Part shown: positions 1 through 10,905 of the stretch, in pieces
How the letters are laid out: each line of letters opens with the position of its first letter
Numbering within the stretch: position 1 is the first letter of the stretch
Origin: Octopus bimaculoides
Lineage: Eukaryota
DNA length: 64,000 nt
Direction: 5' to 3'
Assembly (NCBI RefSeq): GCF_001194135.2
Contig: NC_068983.1
Location: 66,258,672-66,322,671, forward strand
Position numbers and translations under genes: made by a program
The notes under the pieces: model-generated
Told to the model about the DNA's origin: nothing
Seen by the model: the letters and a program-made list of their open reading frames with translations, nothing else
Databases searched by the model: none

Positions 1-2800
1 CCATGTTTCACTGCTGTGTAGCATGATAGTTCACATACATGCATCATACAGTCTACCTTTCATCTTGAGTGAGAGGCCCTTAGTTACCAACAGAGATAGG
101 AGCTCCTTGAACTTTGCCCAGGCTTTTCTTATTCTAGCTGCTACACTCTCAGAGTAACCACTACAGACTTGGTCGCCTAGGTAGCAGAAGCTATCAACTA
201 CTTCTAGTTTTTCTCCCTGGCATGTGATAGAATCTGTTTTCTGTGCATCTTCAGTGTTTATTGCCCCTGTGCATCTGCCACACACAAAAACTATCTTCCC
301 TGTGAACCTTCCTTTGATATTGCTGCCCCTTTTATGTATCCATAGTTTACACCGAGTACATCATATGGAGTTTCTACCCATGCCTTTTCTACAGATTGAG
401 CAGGGCCATCTACCTGAAGGGGTTTGTGTTTTGTCAGCCTTCCTACTTACTAAGATTTTGGTTTTGGCTAAGTTAACCCTAAGGCCCTTCAATTCTAAAC
501 CTCGTCTCTAGTTCAGGCAGTAATTTGGCTATTAGAGCAAGATCATCAGCATAGGGGAGCTCCCAGGGGCAGCCTGCCTTGAATTCTTCTGTTATTGCCT
601 GGAGGACTATGATGAATAAGAGGGGGCTGAGGACTGATCCTTGGTGAACCCCTACTTCTACCTGGAATTCTTCACTATACTCATTGCCAATTCTCACCTT
701 ACTGACAGCAGCCCTGTATATGGCTTGTACAGCTCTTACCAACCACTCGTCTATCCACAGTTTCCACATTAACCACAACATAAGGGATCAGGGGACCCTG
801 TGAAAAGCTTTCTCCAAGTCAACAAAATCCAAATACAGAGGTTTATCTTTGGCTAGGTATTTCTCCTGAAGTTGCCTTACCAGAAATATAGCATCAGTGG
901 TGCTTCTGCCTAACACAAAACCAAACTGCATCTCATCTAGGCTCTCTCCCTAATTAGTTGGACTATGATTCTCTCTGTGACTTTCATCATCTGCTCCAAT
1001 AATTTGATAACCCTGTAGTTATTTCTATATAAAGCATCACCTTTACCTTTGTGGCAGTTGATTATGGTGCTGCTACACTAGTCATTGGGTACGACTCCTT
1101 CATGAACTACCTGATTTATGATGTGGGTGACAAGACCATAACCCACACCAGCTGATATTTTAAGCATCTCAGCAGTGATTCCTGATGGGCCAGGGGCTTT
1201 CCCTGTCTTCATATCCTTAATTGCTTTATCTACCTGGGTACTGTCGATTTAGATAGCTGGTCCCTCAATTGGGTTAAACTTTGACAGACTCTCCTACTCC
1301 CATTCATTCTCCACATTCAGCAGTCTTTCATAATGGCTTCTCCAAGGCTCTTTCTTTGCAGAATCATGAAACACAAGGGCACCATTATCCATGTGGACAC
1401 ATTTCTCTCCTATAACATCACAGTTTTCTCTCACACACTGTCTTGCAATCAGAAATACTTCAGTTCTTTGGTCCTCACGTCGCTGAACATTGACAAACTT
1501 CTTTTCTGCTACTCCCTTAGCTGCATATACCTGTCACCTAGCTTCCTTTTTGGCTGTCTGATACAGTTCCTTGCTACCCCAACTTTTCCAAGCCTTCCAG
1601 GCCTGTTTCTTTGCTCTAATTTCCCTGTCTACAGTATTGTTCCGCCACCATGTTACCCTAAGTCTGGCAGGGACTTTGCACCAGCCACAGATTTGGTCTG
1701 TGGCACTCAACAAGCTAGCTGTCTTACAGGAATTCTCAGCTACCTTCTATGACACAGGACTGTAGCTCCTCCTCCTTCTTATCAAATTTCTCAGTTAGGA
1801 TATCCCTAAATCTCTGACTGTGTGAAGAGTTCTTAAGCTTCCAAGTCCTTCTTTTCCAGATTGGTCTGCTTTTTGGTATCCTTCTGGCCTCGAATTTAAA
1901 GTCACTATTAACTAGTCTATGCTGAGGGGTACATTCTTCATCAGGGAGGGTTTTTGTACTTAAGAGCAACCATGCATTCTGCTGTCTGGTGAGAATGAAA
2001 TCGCTCTGGCTAGCAGAGTCACTTGACTGATAGGTTATCAGGTGGCTAACTAGCTTTCTGAGTTGGTGTTTCAGATCAATAGGTTGTTTGCATTGCAGGA
2101 CTCCAGGAGCCAAGTTCCTTCTTCATTTCTGGTACCAACTCCATGGCCCCCATGTACACCATGGAAGATACCAGGCCGCTGTCCAACATGCCCATTAAAA
2201 TCTCCAGCCGCAAAGATGAAATCATTGGCACTTGTCTTTGAAGTAGCCTGTGGAAGAATATCATAAAAGTGATCCTTCTGTTCATCTCTGCCTATGTCCA
2301 TGTGGGACATAGGCAGAGATATTTGTAGCTATCCCAGTCTGCAAGACCAGCCTGAGTTTAAGCACTCTATCCAACACCCTCACTATCTCTATGATCTTAT
2401 CTAACCATTACTCTGCAAAGAAGTATGCCCACACACTGTTACTTTCCCAGAAGAGTTTATACCTCTGTACTTTGCTTGCGAGAACTCTGGTTGTAGCTCC
2501 TCTCTACCTTACCTCTTGTATGCAAAATACATCAACATGTCTCCATTCAAGCATCTCTACAATCTCGCTAGACCTACCTTTCAATGTGCCTACATTTACA
2601 GTGCTAACTGTGAAAACTGGGAAAGAGATATGGGAGGTAACACAGGAAGGAGAGATGTTATTCAGCACCAGAAAAGAAGGTTCCAGTGATCGTTTGGTAA
2701 CAGACATCATAATAGTTGTTCTTGCTTTTAAACTACCGTTAGACAAACATGTTAGAATTGTTAAGGTTGTTGCCTCTACTGGGGGTGGGGAGTAAGGAAG
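1..2800 (-). mobile_element. Decayed RTE-clade non-LTR retrotransposon (APE endonuclease + reverse transcriptase), running off the left edge
   Basis: Minus-strand ORF pieces give APE motifs (NVGTLKGRS...VDVFCIQEVR at 2504-2610, AGDFNGHVG at ~2190-2220) and RT motifs (GVHQGSVLSPLLF, PYADDLALI at 479-781; LEVVDSFCYLGD at 31-285). Broken by stops and frameshifts. Confidence 0.93.
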
Positions 2801-3383
2801 CATTGTATATGAAAGTGTTTTATATTTTCTACAGATTGCTTGTAGCTCACTTTCTTCCTACACTTCGATGCTTGTATCTTACATTAATATATCTATCTAT
2901 CTATCAATCTTTTTATCTATCTACCTATCTATCTATCTATCTTTTTGTATATATATATATATATATATNNNNNNNNNNNNNNNNNNNNNNNNNNNNNNNN
3001 NNNNNNNNNNNNNNNNNNNNNNNNNNNNNNNNNNNNNNNNNNNNNNNNNNNNNNNNNNNNNNNNNNNNNNNNNNNNNNNNNNNNNNNNNNNNNNNNNNNN
3101 NNNNNNNNNNNNNNNNNNNNNNNNNNNNNNNNNNNNNNNNNNNNNNNNNNNNNNNNNNNNNNNNNNNNNNNNNNNNNNNNNNNNNNNNNNNNNNNNNNNN
3201 NNNNNNNNNNNNNNNNNNNNNNNNNNNNNNNNNNNNNNNNNNNNNNNNNNNNNNNNNNNNNNNNNNNNNNNNNNNNNNNNNNNNNNNNNNNNNNNNNNNN
3301 NNNNNNNNNNNNNNNNNNNNNNNNNNNNNNNNNNNNNNNNNNNNNNNNNNNNNNNNNNNNNNNNNNNNNNNNNNNNNNNNNNN

Positions 3384-3417
<34 letters not shown>

Positions 3418-3419
<2 letters not shown>

Positions 3420-3553
3420 ATAGGAAGGACAACAAAAGAAAGAAAGAGACCTCGATATTATGTAAATAGAGGAATTTATCTGTAAAAATATGTGACACTT
3501 ATTCGGTTCACTTATCATGGCTACCGAATAAGTGTCACATATTTTTACAGATA
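3418..3553. repeat. Short element ending in a perfect 31-bp inverted repeat, embedded in (TA)n
   Basis: tatctgtaaaaatatgtgacacttattcggt (3477-3507) is the exact reverse complement of 3523-3553, with a 15-nt loop and (TA)n on both sides. Confidence 0.9.
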
Positions 3554-3559
3554 TATATA

Positions 3560-3595
<36 letters not shown>

Positions 3596-4540
3596 TGTAT
3601 GTATGTATTTACATATAGTTTTCAGTATTTCTGTATGCAATAGCTAATGCAATAGATACATAAAGCAGAGTTAAAATAATGCAATCAAATATACACAGAT
3701 GATATACATATAAGTACATGAGGAAGTATGAATATTAACACTAAGATATTTATGCATATGTGAATGTATTATCATGTCATTGTTCATTTTCTATGTTGAT
3801 ATGATGAATTACCACTCATCATGATCTTTGAGGTCACTTCTTGAGACCCAGCTTACATGATCTATCACTCATAATGACTCATCATCCTTCCTTTATCATG
3901 TTGATGTATCACTGTGCCCCTGACCTTCATTGGCTCTTTGACACTGAGATTAATGTGGTTAATATTCAGTTTAAACAGCTGCAAGTTAATGCTGGTGAAA
4001 ACTTTGTGATTTGGAAGAAAATTACAGAAGTTTGATATTCTAGGAGAAAAGACTGAGAAAATTGATTAGTACTAAGAGGAAAGATAGGCTTGAGAGAAGA
4101 GTTTTAATGAAGATAAAATACAACTAGCTACCTCTGTGGGGCTGAGACAGTTGTTGTAGTGATAAAAGAAACAAAGCGTGGAAACATTCCATTTGTGGAT
4201 CTGAGGTTGAGATGTGGTGTTTATCCAGTTCCCATTAATTCTTTGTGGGCTACAGGTTATGTGAGAGGGACTTACAAGACTATCAGTCCTTCTCTTGTTG
4301 AAACTAACAAGAATTAGCTTTCCAAGTGGCTTTCTTCTTCATGAAAACTAGGAAGATTTTGGGTGCTTTGAAGCAGGGCTGATCCAAATGTGAAAGCAGC
4401 ATTCTATTGTATATATGCTAATATACTTCACCCCAGTACTTGACTGTAACTAATTTTATTTATCCTGGAAAGATGAAAAGCAGATTTGACCACAGCTGAA
4501 TTTGAACCAATATTAATAATGATAATGATGATAATAATGA

Positions 4541-4755
4541 TTTCAAATTTTGGCACAAAGCCAGCAATTTTAGGGGCAGGGTTACATCAATTACATCGAT
4601 CCCACTGATCAACTGTTACTTCTTTTATCAACTCCTAAAGGATGAAAGGTGAAGTCGACCTTTGTGGAATTTGTATTCAGAATGTAAACTCAGCCGAGAT
4701 GCCATTAAGCATTTTGCCCAGCATGCAAACAATTCTACCAGCTTGCCACTTTACT
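4541..4755 (-). mobile_element. tRNA-derived SINE, family B
   Basis: Same ~210-bp sequence recurs at 6045-6230, 6975-7200, 9875-10050, 10150-10350, 25640-25835, 62453-62625 (minus) and 22541-22718 (plus). The head has A-box-like and B-box-like (GAGTTCAAAT) motifs. Confidence 0.8.
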
Positions 4756-4837
4756 AATGATGATAACAACATCAACAACAATAACAATAATCATAACAAT
4801 GATGATGATAACAACAACAACAACAACATTAATAATA

Positions 4838-5520
4838 ATGGGCTACAGCAAATATTCTACTCAATATTGCCAATTGGCTTGACTTTAACCAGTTGAGTGT
4901 GTCCCTTAGTGGCTAACTAAAACATGAATCTCTGATCATGAATGGGAATAGTGGGGGAGTATTATAGCAACATAGAGAGGAATTCTTTGAGATTTTAAAA
5001 ATTCATCACTAGAAACATATCGTCCTTAAATAGCCCTTATGCAGGAGGCTTTTGAGTGGGATGTGTAGCTTGACCTGAACAAAATCCTTACTGGGTCCCA
5101 CGTGCAAGGTCATGCACTGTTTATCTTGATATGAGGTCACCATGTTGTGCATGTAGAGGCACATGGTTTAGTGGTTAGGGTGTTTGACTTATGTTCATAA
5201 GATTGTGGTTTCAATCCCTGGACTGAGTGACGTGTTGCGTTCTTGAGCAAAACACATCATTTCATATTGCTCCAGTTCACTCAGATGACAAAGATGAGTA
5301 ATCCTGCAATGGACCAGCGTCCCAGGTGGGTAATTTATATGCCATGGAAACCAGGAAACCAGCCCTTATGAGTTGGCATGACTAGAAAAGGTAATCTTTA
5401 CATTTTTATGCTATGCATGTGTGGTTGTGATGCATGTGTCTGGTGTCTCCTTATCAGATGTGTAATCATGATGGGTATGTTGGGCTTTGTACCCTCATGT
5501 CACTTTAATAGCAAATGCTG
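4838..5520. repeat. Copy of a ~450-bp interspersed repeat interrupted by a family C SINE (5155-5395)
   Basis: 4838-5150 and 5415-5520 match consecutive parts of the 10452-10905 repeat (gatgggctacagcaaatattc...gtcatgcactgtttatcttgatatgag...gtggttgtgatgcatgtg). Confidence 0.75.
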
Positions 5521-5529
5521 TTTAAACTA

Positions 5530-5830
5530 GTGATGAGTAACTGAGACATTTGGCAATATACCATACTTGAGAAAACCTGTCAGATCAAATGAGATCGTAG
5601 TCATGGCTGATGCCAGTATTTTGTAACTGGTACCCATGCCAGTGGCATGTAAAAAGCACCCACTACACTCTTGAAGTGGCTGGTGTAAGGAAAGGTCTCC
5701 AGCTGTAGAAACCATGCCAAATCAGACTGAAGCCTTGTGCAGCTCCCCAGCTTACCAATTTTCAGTCAAACTGTCCAACCCATGCTAGCATGGAAAATGG
5801 ATGTTAAAGAAATAATAATGATGATGATGA
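5530..5830 (+). mobile_element. 5'-truncated RTE 3' end with (GAT)n tail
   Basis: Ends gtcaaactgtccaacccatgctagcatggaaaatggatgttaaa followed by (aat/gat)n, the same tail as the ORF-linked copy at 44200-44572. Confidence 0.75.
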
Positions 5831-5972
5831 TGGTGATGATGATAAAGGTTTCAAATTTTAGCACAAGGTCAGCAATTTTAGGGGGATAGGGGAAGGCAAT
5901 TAGATTGTTACATTGCCCCCCCCCCTCCCCAGCATTTAGCATGCCAATGATTCTGCTAACTTACTACTTTTG

Positions 5973-6038
5973 GAAGAAGAAGAAGAAGAAGAAGAAGAAG
6001 AAGAAGAAGAAGAAGAAGAAGAAGAAGAAGAAGAAGAA
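5973..6038. repeat. (GAA)22 microsatellite
   Basis: Direct reading; abuts the 3' end of a family B SINE. Confidence 0.97.
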
Positions 6039-7919
6039 TAGAGGTTGTTTCTAACTTTGGCCCAAGGTCACAAATTTTAGAAGAGGGTTAAGTCAATTAA
6101 ACTCACCCCAGTATCTGATTATTTTAAAAGCCTGGGGAAAATGAAAGGCAAAGTTAACCATGGTGGGATTTGAACTCAGAATATGAAATACGTTCAACTA
6201 AATATTGCAAAGCATTTAATCAGTCACTCTACTGTAATGTATTACATTATATAACATAATATGAAAATAGAGAGAGAATAAGAAAAAGATAAAAGGAGGG
6301 GGTGCAAAAGAGAAAGAGAGAAGCAAAGTGCTCATATACTCGTAGTAACTTTAGCATGTGAGATGATGTGTTAAAAGTAGAAATATTATTGCTTATTGAT
6401 TTCACTTTCAACAAACTGTTTTTATCTATTTATTTACATATTTTGTTTTTTTTCTGATTTCTTTTCTTTCTTTTGTGTTATGTCTACATCGATGTAAAAT
6501 ATATTGCAATAGATTTGGGAATTTTAATGGTGATGGTTATAACTTACTGATTCAGAATATTTGTTTACTCTAAACTAGAGATAACAGGTTACTCTCCTTT
6601 AACAGTATACAGCTTAGTGCCACTGATTATATCCTGACCACTAGCTCATAGAAAATACTTTAGCTCGGCTCTGAATAGTTATTATAGATTTCATTCAATA
6701 AAAGGCTATTTCACTCATTAGCAAACCTCTACTTACCAACTAGCAATGACCATAAGTCCAAAGATATGCTATTTCTATTTTTCTTTCTCCTTCTAGTGTT
6801 AGTGAAGCATTATCAGCAGCAGCATTGCTGTTCTTAATGTCTGGCCCATGGTGAAATGCAGCCAACCATGTCAAAGAATTGGGTTTCTTACATGTATAGC
6901 CTGCTTGTTTGTCTCACTAGTATTTATCATTGCCATAACAGAAGCTAATAGCAGGCTTCATGTAAACATGACAAAACATTGGTTTCAAATGTTGGCACAA
7001 GGCCAGCAATTTCAGGGAAGAGAGTAAGCTGATTACATCAACCCCAGTGGTCAACTGGTACTTATTTTACTGACCCTGAAAGGATGACAGGCAAAATCAA
7101 CCTTGGCAGAACTTGAACTCAGAACATTAAGTTGGAAGAAATGTCACTAAGCATTTTTTCCAGTGCAGTAACAATTCTGCCAGTTAATTTAATGTTGCCT
7201 TAAATCATGATAAAATATTAAGAAACTTAAAAATGGAAAGACGTTGGATTTTATTCTGCATTTTGGCTCCAATATTATCTTTCTGAGAACATGTGGGATG
7301 CATTGTTTTTTTGTTTTCTTAAGATTAATTACAAGGTTATTATTAAGCCTGGATGATACGGTATTGTATCAAAGTCATACATTACACAGTTGATGAGTTC
7401 AAATTTGCTGGACATATGTGTAAATTTATTTAATATGTATGAGACAAGAGAACCTCTACATGGTAGCAATAACAGCTAAAGTTTTCTCAAGGCAAATCTC
7501 ACCATCTTAGGAAAGGAATGATACATATGATTATCTTACAAAAACAGGATGGGCATGGTTTGAATGTTTTTGTTCATAGATCTACTCAACTAGGACTGAC
7601 CTAGAGCTAAACAATATCATGTGAACATTATGGAATAAAACTCAGAATCTGAAGAAATTAGTTATGATTTGTGTGTATCAACAACAATTGTGTTAACAAT
7701 TAGCAGGGCCATTTAACAGTATCATAGGCTTCAAGAAGAGCAATGCATTGGGACTGCTATGTACTCAATCACAGCATACGGAGATTAGCATTTAACTCCC
7801 TAGTCACATGAAACCTTCAGGCAACTGCCCATATATCTATACTTTAAGATAGCACTAAATAGGAAAAGTTCATAGATGGGCTTAATAAGTTCAGCTGTCA
7901 TTCATTTTTTTTTCTTTTT

Positions 7920-8325
7920 TACCTTTTCTTACATGTTTCAGTCATTGGACAACAGCCTATACTGGGGCACTACCTTGAAGGGTTTTGTAAAAACTAAATC
8001 AACCCTAGGACTTACATTTTAAGTTTGGTACTTATTCTATCAGTTTTTTTGGGGGGAGGGGGATGCTGGATCACTATGTTATGGGGATGTAAACAAACCA
8101 ATATCGTTTATCAAGCATTAGTGAGGAGCAAAGACAAGCGCAAAGACCCAAACACACATGTATACATGATAGGCTTCCACACAGTATCCATTTACCAAAT
8201 TCATTCACAAGGCATCAGATCAACCCAGGTCTATTATAGAAGGCACTTACCCCAGGTGCAACACTGCTGGGACTGAACATGAAACCATGTGGCTGCAAAG
8301 TGAACTTCTTAACCACACAGCCATA
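7920..8325 (-). mobile_element. Degraded family A SINE
   Basis: Diverged reverse-complement match to 48326-48769 along its length. Confidence 0.65.
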
Positions 8326-10052
8326 TTTGCACCAAGATCATATAACGAATACTATTAATTGGAAAACGATTTCTAGTTAGGCTTTCCTAAAGTATCTAAT
8401 GAAATAGACACTGGTTATTCAACTGCTGAAACACTCTACCCAACATGCAGTATAGATGAGTAGGCCTACAGCCAGGATAGATAAACTAGCAACAGTATTT
8501 TGAGGCTTTCATCCAACAATAGATTGACAAAAGTGGAAGAGATTCTTTGAAATAATGATCAATGATGGCAAAACTCATATTACTAAAAGAGTATAGCTAT
8601 CTACTGGGTATCATTGAAAGTTTTCTCCTGGATTTAGTTGCAATACTTCTAATCAAGCTAAAGACTAGCTGAATATATTAACATCAGATATTATAGATAC
8701 ACTTAGGGCAAGGCGAAAAATGTTTGCTTCTATATTTCACACATTTGAACTCTCATCTGAACATTATCAAGCTCTCCAATCAAGTTTTCCTGTGTGAATA
8801 TTGACTACAATAGACTGGCAAGCCATACAAGAGGGAAGGTTATTTGACTCTCAATTAATTAATAATTACAGAAACCAGAATTAAGAACTAGTTCTATAGA
8901 CTGCTGCAATTTATGAAAGGATTAATTAAACTATCATTGAGGGAATGTGTGAGTATGTGTGTGTGACTGCATGCCATTGAATAAATCTGTGTTTGTGTGT
9001 GTATATTATTAAAAGAATGTGTATATATACATTATTGAAGTTGTGTGTATTTGTGTGTGTGTGTGTGTGTATCATTGCAAGAATGTGTGAGTGTTTGTGT
9101 GTGTTTGCACATGTGTATGTATGGATAGTGTGTAAGGAAGAAATGTGAAAGTGAAATAAAAGAGTATGGATTACTGAAGATTCGGATATATTTCCACGTA
9201 TGTTTGTGCATACATTATGTGTACGTCTGTTAGTGTTCATAATTGCTACTGTCTGTCAACTTAAACAATCACTTGAATCACCTCAAGAGAAGCCTGAATA
9301 AATAATCTCTCTCACTCTCTCACCCTCCCCCAGACACATTCTTTCTCTCTCTCTCTCTTTCTCTTTTTCTCTCTCCCTCTCTCTCTCTCTCTCTCCCATA
9401 CACACAACCTCTGCCATAGACTCTCTCCCCACCTTATACTCTCTTTCTCTCTTTCCTATACACATATACTTACTCCCCCAACCACACCTTCTTTCAGTCT
9501 CCCTTTAGTTCTCTCTGTCTCTCTTTCGCTCTCTCTCACTCCCTCTCTCTCTCTCTATCTATCTATCTAGCGATCAATCTGTCTATCTATCTATCTATCT
9601 CTTTTCTCAGTCGCTTGATCTGAATATCATGTGTGTGTTGCTACTTTGCCATTAAGTCCAACATTACTCAAAAGCCATGTGTGAGAAGGTTAGAATTCTG
9701 TATGGGTGATGAATTTACAAGGTTCGACAAGCCAACAAGTGTAACTTTAAGTGGTTGCTTAACTGCTTAAAAAAGCAGCTAAATTCTTTTAAAAGGAAAG
9801 ACACAGTGAACAATGTACAAAATAAAAATGTACCAAAATAAGAAATGAAAATGTAAATATGCAAAAAAGACAAGATGGTCACCTCTGCAAGGGCTAATCA
9901 TTACATCAACCCCAATGTTCAACTGGTATTTATTATCTCAATACCAAAACGATGAAAGGCAAAGTCGACCTCTGCAAAATTCTAACTCGGAATGTCAAGT
10001 TTCAGAAGAAGTGTGACCAAGCATTTAGTCCAATATGCAAACAATACTGCCT

Positions 10053-10135
<83 letters not shown>

Positions 10136-10148
10136 ATAGTAGTAGTAG
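10053..10148. repeat. (TAG)n microsatellite
   Basis: Direct reading; explains the poly-Ser and poly-Leu ORFs. Confidence 0.97.
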
Positions 10149-10149
10149 A

Positions 10150-10350
10150 ATGGTTTCAATTTTAGAGTGTAGAGCAATGTCAATGACATCGATGCCACTG
10201 CTCAACTGGTACTTATTTTTTATTGACCTCTAAAGGATCAAAGACAAAGTTGACTTTGGTGGTATCTGAGCTTAGCACATAAAGAGCTGAAAGGAATACC
10301 ACTTTGCATTTTGTCTGAAGCACCAATGATTCTGCCAGCTCGCTACCTTC
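10150..10350 (-). mobile_element. Family B SINE between (TAG)n and (AAT)n arrays
   Basis: Matches 4541-4755 and 22541-22718. Confidence 0.8.
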
Positions 10351-10382
10351 ATAATGTTAATAATAATAATAATAAAAATAAA

Positions 10383-10443
<61 letters not shown>

Positions 10444-10451
10444 TTAATAAT

Positions 10452-10905
10452 AAATGCCCTGATGCAGTACCAGGCAGTGGCCCTCATGGTTTCTGATCTT
10501 AATTGATTGGAAGTGTTATCATGTACGTTGTTTTGTCTTGGTATAAAAGATGGGCTACAGCAAATATTCTGCTTAATACCACAGATTTGCTTGTCAGTTG
10601 TTTGACCTTAACCAGTTGAGCATGNNNNNNNNNNNNNNNNNNNTCAACATCCTTAAACAAACCTTATTCAGGGACCTTTTGAGCGGAATGGGCTACTCGA
10701 CCTGAAAAAAATTCTAACTGGGCCCCACCTGCTAGGTCATGTGCTGTTTATCTTGATATGAGATCACCATGTAGCGCACATATGGTTGTGATGCATGTGC
10801 CTGGTGTACCCTTATCAGACGGGTAGTCATGATGGGTATACTGGGCTTTGTATATTTTACCCCAGTGTCACTTTGATGGCATGCACTGCTCTCTCACTCA
10901 ATAAT
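10452..10905. repeat. ~450-bp interspersed repeat of unknown class (contains a short N gap)
   Basis: Second copy at 4838-5520; flanked by (AAT)n and (AAC/AAT)n. Confidence 0.75.

Noticed and set aside
2749-3518. Long ORFs spanning N runs (also 31128-31702, 34770-35404, 44446-45020, 56821-57263)
   Set aside because: Their length comes from untranslatable N gaps and flanking (TA)n.
6735-6900. Minus-strand exon candidate ending at a strong GTAAGT donor
   Set aside because: Poor acceptor and a stop in every frame before the donor.
8340-8880. Possible very old LINE RT relic
   Set aside because: I could not read any diagnostic motif convincingly.
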